A stretch of 31,213 nucleotides of DNA from Promethearchaeota archaeon (GTDB lineage Archaea; Asgardarchaeota; Lokiarchaeia; Sigyniarchaeales; SOKP01). A model generated the notes under the pieces. The model made no database searches, was not told the DNA's origin, and saw only the letters and a program-made list of their open reading frames with translations. The stretch covers positions 1-31,213 of the forward strand of contig JBHLNZ010000036.1 of assembly GCA_048941015.1 (NCBI GenBank), read 5' to 3'. The position numbers were made by a program, and so were the translations under genes. Shown piece after piece: positions 25,947 through 31,213 of the stretch (its first letter is position 1; each line of letters starts with the position of its first letter).

Positions 25947-27389
25947 ATGCCAATTGGTATAAAAAGTTATGGTGCCTATTTACCAAAATATATGCTTCCA
26001 AGAGAACTTATTGGAAAGGCTTGGGAATTTCCTGTCGTTCCCGGAACAAAAGCAATCGCGATGGCAGATGAGGATAGTTTAACAATGGCAGTTGAAGCGG
26101 GATTAGATTGTTTAGCAGGCATTGATCCTAAAACTATTGATGGATTATATTTTGCTTCAACTACGCAGGTCTATACTGAAAAAGATTCCGCATCATTAAT
26201 TGCTACTGTATTGGATATGCGAGAAGATATCATAACTGTTGATTTTACTGATTCACTTAAAGCTGGAACAACAGCGATTACTCGAGCTGTGGATACGATA
26301 AAAGCAAATAGAGATATTAAGAGTATACTTGTAATCGCCTCTGATACAAGAGTACCTGAACCTTCAACAATGTGGGAATATGGATTTGCTGATGGAGCCG
26401 CTGCATTACTTATTGCTGAAGAAGATAACATTCCAATCTCAATTGAAGATTATTATTCTGTTTCAGCAAATGTTACAGGACCATGGAAAAGGACTGATAA
26501 AGACAAATTTATAAGAACTTTTGAGGTGAAAATGGACGCACAATTCTATGTTCAAAATATCACTAAGGTTATGGCTGAAATTATGAAAAGAAATAATTTG
26601 AAACCTGAAGAAATTAATATCGCAGCTTATTACTATGATAATCCAAGATTGCACGGGAGAATAGCTAAAATGATGAAATTTGGTCAAGGAGTTGCCCAAA
26701 ATAGTATATTCTTTCAAATCGGTTGTACAGGAACTCCTATGGCTTTTATGGTCTTAATTGCTGCTTTAAGAAGACCTAAGGAAGGAGATAAAATAATAAT
26801 GGCAAGTTTTGGAGATGGGGCAGATGCAATCTTAATGGAAGTTAAAGATAGGAATGCTTTAAGAGATATTGGTAAATCTCGCTTAGGTTTCATTGGACAT
26901 CAGAAGTCAATGTCGACAATTAAAAATTATAATAAATTTCTTGAATTTAAAGAATTACTTGAAAAGGACAGATATACAAGAAAAAGTTCAGCAGTGACAA
27001 TCTGGAGAGATACCCCTTCTGTTTATAAATGGTATGGTGTAAAGTGTAAAAATTGTGGAACTATCCAATATCCCGATATGCTACGTACTTGTGCTGTTTG
27101 CAGAGCAGACGATCAGCTTGAACCGATTAAACTCAGTTTAAAGGGTACAATATTTACCTATACTCTAGATCATTTAGTAGGAGGAGCTTACTTAGATGTT
27201 CCAGTTCCTCGTTGTGTCATTGATTTAGATGGTGGAGGGAGAGTTTTATTAAATATGACTGAAATTGAAAAACCCGAGGAAAATGTGCAAATTGGAATGA
27301 AAGTTGAATTAACTTTTAGAAAGGAACATGAAGGTGGTGAATTTAAAAATTATTATTGGAAATGTAGACCCGAAAGGGGGAGAAATTAA
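25947..27389 (+). CDS. HMG-CoA-synthase-like domain (lacking catalytic Cys) fused to DUF35 Zn-ribbon/OB-fold
   Basis: Motifs GIKSYGAYLP, DEDSLTMAVEA, DGAAA, IGCTG and SFGDGADA. SLKAGT stands where active enzymes have ACKAGT. C-terminal CKNCG..QYP....CAVC, GTIFTYT.D, IGMKVELTFR and YYWK.RP. GAGGT SD. Confidence 0.88.
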   Translation: MPIGIKSYGAYLPKYMLPRELIGKAWEFPVVPGTKAIAMADEDSLTMAVEAGLDCLAGIDPKTIDGLYFASTTQVYTEKDSASLIATVLDMREDIITVDFTDSLKAGTTAITRAVDTIKANRDIKSILVIASDTRVPEPSTMWEYGFADGAAALLIAEEDNIPISIEDYYSVSANVTGPWKRTDKDKFIRTFEVKMDAQFYVQNITKVMAEIMKRNNLKPEEINIAAYYYDNPRLHGRIAKMMKFGQGVAQNSIFFQIGCTGTPMAFMVLIAALRRPKEGDKIIMASFGDGADAILMEVKDRNALRDIGKSRLGFIGHQKSMSTIKNYNKFLEFKELLEKDRYTRKSSAVTIWRDTPSVYKWYGVKCKNCGTIQYPDMLRTCAVCRADDQLEPIKLSLKGTIFTYTLDHLVGGAYLDVPVPRCVIDLDGGGRVLLNMTEIEKPEENVQIGMKVELTFRKEHEGGEFKNYYWKCRPERGRN

Positions 27390-27404
27390 AGGAGGTTTTA
27401 AAAA

Positions 27405-28592
27405 ATGGTAAGGAAAGGAATAAAAGATAAAGTTGCCATAATTGGTTGCGAAATGACTAAATATGGTGAACGATGGGATAAAAATCAATACGATCTATTA
27501 TTTGAAGCATTCCAAGGTGCGATTAAAGACGCGGGAATTGAGAAAGATACCATAGATGCAAGCTGGATTGGTATATTCTATTATTTTACTGGATTATCTG
27601 GTGCGATGGTAGAAGATATTCTAAGATTAGATGGAAAACCAGCAACTAGGACAGAGAATTACTGTGCAAGCGGCATGGATGCTTTCAGAAACGCTTGTTT
27701 TGCAGTTGCTGCTGGTGCTTACGACGTTGTTCTCGCCTGTGGTGTAGAGAAATTAATGGATGAAGGCTCAAGTGGATTACCAGGATTTAAAATATTTGGA
27801 CATCCATTATATCCAATGCCTTCTGCTCCTGCTATGTTTTCTATGGCGGCAACGAGATGTTTTCATGAATATGGTTGGACAAAGGAAGATCTTGCTCGAG
27901 TAGCTGTTAAAAATCATGATAATGGTGCTCATCATCCAAAAGCACACTTTAGAAGTCCTATATCGATTGAAGCAGCGATGAAAGCGCCTATGATTGCTGA
28001 CCCACTCGGGCGCTTCGATTGCTGTGCCATGTCTGATGGAGCAGCTGCATTAATCTTAACCACACCAGAACTGGCAGAAAGTTATGCTCATGCTGATGAT
28101 TATGTGGTAGTGAAAGCAAATGCGATTTCATGCAGGACTAATTTTCCATGGTATATTCCTCCCAATGGTCCAGGTGCAGATTTTACTGCTTTTCCATCTA
28201 CAATAAAAGCCGCAGAATATGCTTATAAAGAAGCAGGAATAACAAATCCTCGCAAAGAGATTGATGCTGCGGAGGTTCATGACTGCTTCACGATAACTGA
28301 GTTGATAAATTGTCAGGACTTACAATTTTGTGATCGTGGTAAGGCAGCGGAGGAATTGAAGGAAGGAACTTTTAATTGGGATGGAGAGACTGCTGTTAAT
28401 CCCAGTGGTGGGCTTAAATCATTTGGTCATCCCATTGGTTCCACTGGAGTTCGCATGTTAACCGAAATTACAAAACAACTGCAGGGTCGTGCGGAAGGAA
28501 GACAAGTCCCAGATGCCAAGATTGGCTTATGTCATAATCTTGGTGGCGCGTTTAGTGTTTGTTCCACGACAATTTTAGGTCAAAGAGATTAA
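27405..28592 (+). CDS. Acetyl-CoA acetyltransferase / SCP2-type thiolase
   Basis: ENYCASG (catalytic Cys), GVEK, VKNH.NG...PKAH, DCC..SDGAAA, EVHDCF, NPSGGL...GHPIGSTG and HNLGG. GGAGGT SD; starts 15 bp after the DUF35 fusion. Confidence 0.93.
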   Translation: MVRKGIKDKVAIIGCEMTKYGERWDKNQYDLLFEAFQGAIKDAGIEKDTIDASWIGIFYYFTGLSGAMVEDILRLDGKPATRTENYCASGMDAFRNACFAVAAGAYDVVLACGVEKLMDEGSSGLPGFKIFGHPLYPMPSAPAMFSMAATRCFHEYGWTKEDLARVAVKNHDNGAHHPKAHFRSPISIEAAMKAPMIADPLGRFDCCAMSDGAAALILTTPELAESYAHADDYVVVKANAISCRTNFPWYIPPNGPGADFTAFPSTIKAAEYAYKEAGITNPRKEIDAAEVHDCFTITELINCQDLQFCDRGKAAEELKEGTFNWDGETAVNPSGGLKSFGHPIGSTGVRMLTEITKQLQGRAEGRQVPDAKIGLCHNLGGAFSVCSTTILGQRD

Positions 28593-28598
28593 ATTCTA
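28504..28598 (+). repeat. Direct repeat copy 1: thiolase 3' end
   Basis: Aligns without gaps to 30898-30992; 77/95 nt identical by manual count. Confidence 0.92.
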
Positions 28599-28604
28599 AA
28601 AAAA

Positions 28605-28615
28605 TTTTTTTTTTT
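28605..28615 (+). terminator. Oligo-T tract after thiolase
   Basis: T11 run 13 nt after the stop codon. Confidence 0.45.
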
Positions 28616-28993
28616 AAAAACTCTTTTCTTTTAATAAGAATTTTACTTAAGGCTATTTATTTTTAAAAATATCGACCTTTATTTACTTTAAGTTAAATTC
28701 CAATACAAAAGGCTATGGAACTAAATTTTCTAAATTTTAAATTAATCTCCAAAGTTGATTAATTAAAGTGAGTGGAAATAAACGAGATCTTGTAGAATGA
28801 AATAGGAATAAACATATCTAATAAAGAATTGGGAAAACTTTTCTTAACTAAAAACAGATTTAATAGAGCGATTAGAGAGAAATCAATCTTTCGTAGAGGT
28901 ATTTGTTATTTGAGAAGTACATATATGACAAAAACGTTAAATATTATCATATCACATTTCAACTTGATTAATAATTTCTTTTGGCGAAAAAAA

Positions 28994-29542
28994 ATGGAAG
29001 AAGAACGTAAGAAAGAAATAAAAATTAGTGTTAAAGATTGGATTAAGATTAATACAGTAATTTTTGGAGCTATTTTAACCGTTTTTGCTTTAATTTGGCA
29101 AGCTAAACCAGATAACGGAATTATCATGGTATCTTTTTTATTATTGATAAGTTTTCCCTTTTTTATTAACTCTATAAACGCGAATGCAAGACTAAATAAG
29201 GAAATTGATTCTGAAAATGTCTCTAAGAATTATGTAAAGCGATTAGAACTTTTTGCTGAATTAACGTTTGGTGGTGGATTTACGTTAGTAATTTGTGCTT
29301 TAACAGTACTCGGATATGAATATTTGAAAGATTATACTAATAGAGATTTTATTGCTTTTATGTTTCCCATAATTTTTCTGAGTGTAGTGTGGAGTATATT
29401 GATTGGATATACAATAATCGATAATACGGATCGCCCTTTTCAGTTTAAAAAGTTTACAAAAAGATTTATCTGGATTTTAATTGAAATGCTATTTTTGTTT
29501 CTAATAATTCTTGATTATATAGGTATTTATTTAATTCAATAA
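28994..29542 (+). CDS. Hypothetical 5-TM membrane protein (182 aa)
   Basis: Five hydrophobic segments. ATG 28994 (MEEERKK), after an A-run as seen for other genes here, preferred over TTG 28829. Confidence 0.75.
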   Translation: MEEERKKEIKISVKDWIKINTVIFGAILTVFALIWQAKPDNGIIMVSFLLLISFPFFINSINANARLNKEIDSENVSKNYVKRLELFAELTFGGGFTLVICALTVLGYEYLKDYTNRDFIAFMFPIIFLSVVWSILIGYTIIDNTDRPFQFKKFTKRFIWILIEMLFLFLIILDYIGIYLIQ

Positions 29543-29576
29543 CTTTTACCAAAAATTAAAGAGGTGTCAATTTAAA

Positions 29577-30878
29577 ATGGTTTCTGTATATGAATTGTTT
29601 TCTTTACTATTAGGTATTCTCAGTATGATATCCAGCTTATTAATTGGGTCATTATTTATCTATAAATCAAGAAAATTTGAAATTAAAATCTTATTATTTG
29701 CAGGGCTCTCTATTTTTTTCTGGGGTTTTGGATTTATATTTGGAATTTACAATCTATTAAGCATTTTGTTTACGGGTGTTGATATTATTTCTACAGAAAT
29801 TTTTTTTAGCTTTCTTAATGTTGTCTTTCAAATTGTTTATAGTCTTTGTACTATTTATGTTGGTGGAAAGCTTTTGTTCCCAAAAAAAATAAGGCTTTTC
29901 TTTTCTATTATCTTGTTAGGTGTAGCCATTCAAGCAACTATTGGATTTACCTATATGATTATAGATCCAATGGTTTTTGAGAGTATTGTGGATTTCGTAA
30001 CAGAAGGAATTTTTTCTACTTCAAATCTGGGGTGGGTTAATTATCTTATGATGGGGGTTAGTTTAATTACTATTTTCATTTTTATGGTAATTGGATTTTT
30101 AGTTAAAAGCATTCAATATCGAGGAAAGTTAAGAATAAAATTTTTTATTCTATTATTAAGCTATTCAGTATTAGTCATAACAGAGGTTACTGGTCTGTTT
30201 CAAAAAGCTTCTCCAAGAATCCTCATCATTAGTGGTTCACTCAATTATCGTATATCAATTTTAATTGGTATTTTAGATTTATTCTATTTATTGTTATATT
30301 ATTATGGATTAAAGCCTAGTAAATCTATCAAACACAAAAAAGTACTTTCTCAAGAAGAGATCAGACTTACTTCTTATATGTTAGGAAAACCTATTCCTGC
30401 CGAAATTGCCGAAGAAGAATTAAAACAAGAAATATCCAGAATCCAAGTAGAGAAAAAAATAAAGAAGCCTATCTTAATTTTCATGAGTTATGCGACAAAG
30501 GATGCAGAATACTTCAATGTTTCCGAGATATCTGAGGGTTTAACTGTATATGATGAAATAAAAGATGTTCTTTATTGGCAAGAAGATTTACATGATAACA
30601 TTATTGAATACATGAATGAAAATCTTAAAAAATGTGATGTGATGATATTATTTTGTTCAGAAAATGCACTAAAATCTGTTCCTGTTAAAAAGGAGTGGAC
30701 TGCAGCGGATATTATGGGCATGCCAATTATTCCTGTATTTACCGAACCCAATTATATTCCCCCCATTTTAAAATCAAGGCTGGGCTATGAATTTAATCCT
30801 GATGATATTCAAACAAATGTCCAGGAACTTTATGATCTAGCATTAAAGAAATTTGAAGCATATTACGAATTTAAATAA
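29577..30878 (+). CDS. ~7-TM membrane domain fused to a C-terminal TIR (TIR_2) domain
   Basis: About seven hydrophobic helices in aa 1-245, a charged linker, then IFMSYATKD...YWQED...IIEYMNENLKKCDVMILFCSENALKSVPVKKEW...IIPVF...IPPIL (TIR box 1 and conserved Glu). GAGGTG SD. Confidence 0.88.
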   Translation: MVSVYELFSLLLGILSMISSLLIGSLFIYKSRKFEIKILLFAGLSIFFWGFGFIFGIYNLLSILFTGVDIISTEIFFSFLNVVFQIVYSLCTIYVGGKLLFPKKIRLFFSIILLGVAIQATIGFTYMIIDPMVFESIVDFVTEGIFSTSNLGWVNYLMMGVSLITIFIFMVIGFLVKSIQYRGKLRIKFFILLLSYSVLVITEVTGLFQKASPRILIISGSLNYRISILIGILDLFYLLLYYYGLKPSKSIKHKKVLSQEEIRLTSYMLGKPIPAEIAEEELKQEISRIQVEKKIKKPILIFMSYATKDAEYFNVSEISEGLTVYDEIKDVLYWQEDLHDNIIEYMNENLKKCDVMILFCSENALKSVPVKKEWTAADIMGMPIIPVFTEPNYIPPILKSRLGYEFNPDDIQTNVQELYDLALKKFEAYYEFK

Positions 30879-30897
30879 AATTAATTTTAAAAAACGA

Positions 30898-30992
30898 AAG
30901 TGCCAGATGCCAAGATTGGGTTATGTCATAATCTAGGCGGAGCTTTTACTATTTGTTCGGTTACCATTCTGAGCCAGAGAGATTAAATTCTA
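30898..30992 (+). pseudogene. Direct repeat copy 2: orphan thiolase 3'-terminal fragment (28 codons plus stop)
   Basis: 30900-30986 reads VPDAKIGLCHNLGGAFTICSVTILSQRD*, versus VPDAKIGLCHNLGGAFSVCSTTILGQRD* in the thiolase (24/28 aa). The same ATTCTA follows both stops. Confidence 0.9.
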
Positions 30993-31213
30993 TTAACTTT
31001 TTCTTTTTTTTAATATTCTTTCTTACATTAAAATATTCAAGCAAAACATCATTCGTTTTATTCTTATTAATCCAAATATACACAAATCTATTCTTCTGGA
31101 CTTAAATAAAGAAGTTATTTTTGGAGAAAAAATTAGAAAAAAAATAAAATAGTAATTGATTATTTAATCAATTCCTACCCTTGTTGCTAATTTAACGATA
31201 AAGAATATTATTA

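Noticed and set aside
25947-27389. Annotation as mevalonate-pathway HMG-CoA synthase
   Set aside because: The catalytic Cys is absent.
28829-28993. 55-codon N-terminal extension of the 5-TM ORF from a TTG
   Set aside because: No SD and it reads like translated intergenic AT-rich DNA; ATG 28994 is more plausible.
374-29127. Short ORFs antisense to longer genes (374-622, 1695-1895, 2503-2700, 6533-6748, 6932-7177, 10752-10991, 13869-14246, 21548-21904, 21968-22150, 24449-24748, 25371-25562, 26171-26431, 26463-26717, 28906-29127)
   Set aside because: They lie opposite well-supported genes, have the Ile/Ser/Phe-rich composition typical of antisense shadows, and show no motifs.
30900-30986. Expressed 28 aa peptide from GTG 30900
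   Set aside because: No SD, and the GTG corresponds to an internal Val codon of thiolase; it is better explained as a displaced gene end.
28593-31213. CRISPR array, tRNA, IS ends or a diversity-generating retroelement TR/VR pair around the repeats
   Set aside because: There are only two copies, the mismatches are mostly synonymous and not adenine-specific, and no reverse transcriptase, transposase, cloverleaf or spaced repeats were seen.

Overview
AT-rich, densely coding archaeal-type chromosomal segment. It is most likely from an Asgard archaeon (Lokiarchaeia-like), inferred from a Zn-ribbon/roadblock protein, a uDENN/longin-like protein, a multi-TM-TIR protein, GGTGA/GAGGT Shine-Dalgarno motifs and oligo-T tracts after genes. 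Most genes are catabolic: hydrolases, GH2, GH31, MFS transporters, an enolase-superfamily enzyme and a thiolase/DUF35 pair. Two things stand out. (1) A co-oriented minus-strand cluster at 8492-13675 looks like a sulfoquinovose-degrading sulfo-transaldolase (sulfo-TAL/SFT) pathway. It has a YihQ-like GH31 sulfoquinovosidase, a fucose-isomerase-family SQ isomerase (true start is a CTG 46 codons upstream of the ORF call) and a sulfofructose-type transaldolase. A sulfite-oxidase-family Mo enzyme fused to a 4-His cytochrome-b-like membrane domain sits inside the cluster, and both sulfonate-binding enzymes carry substitutions at a sulfonate-binding Arg. (2) A ~2.4 kb cassette encoding a 5-TM protein and a 7-TM-TIR protein lies between two diverged direct copies of the thiolase gene 3' end, resembling an attL/attR integration scar. 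No rRNA, tRNA, CRISPR array, transposase or integrase was recognised. All family assignments come from motif recognition by eye; no database search was run.
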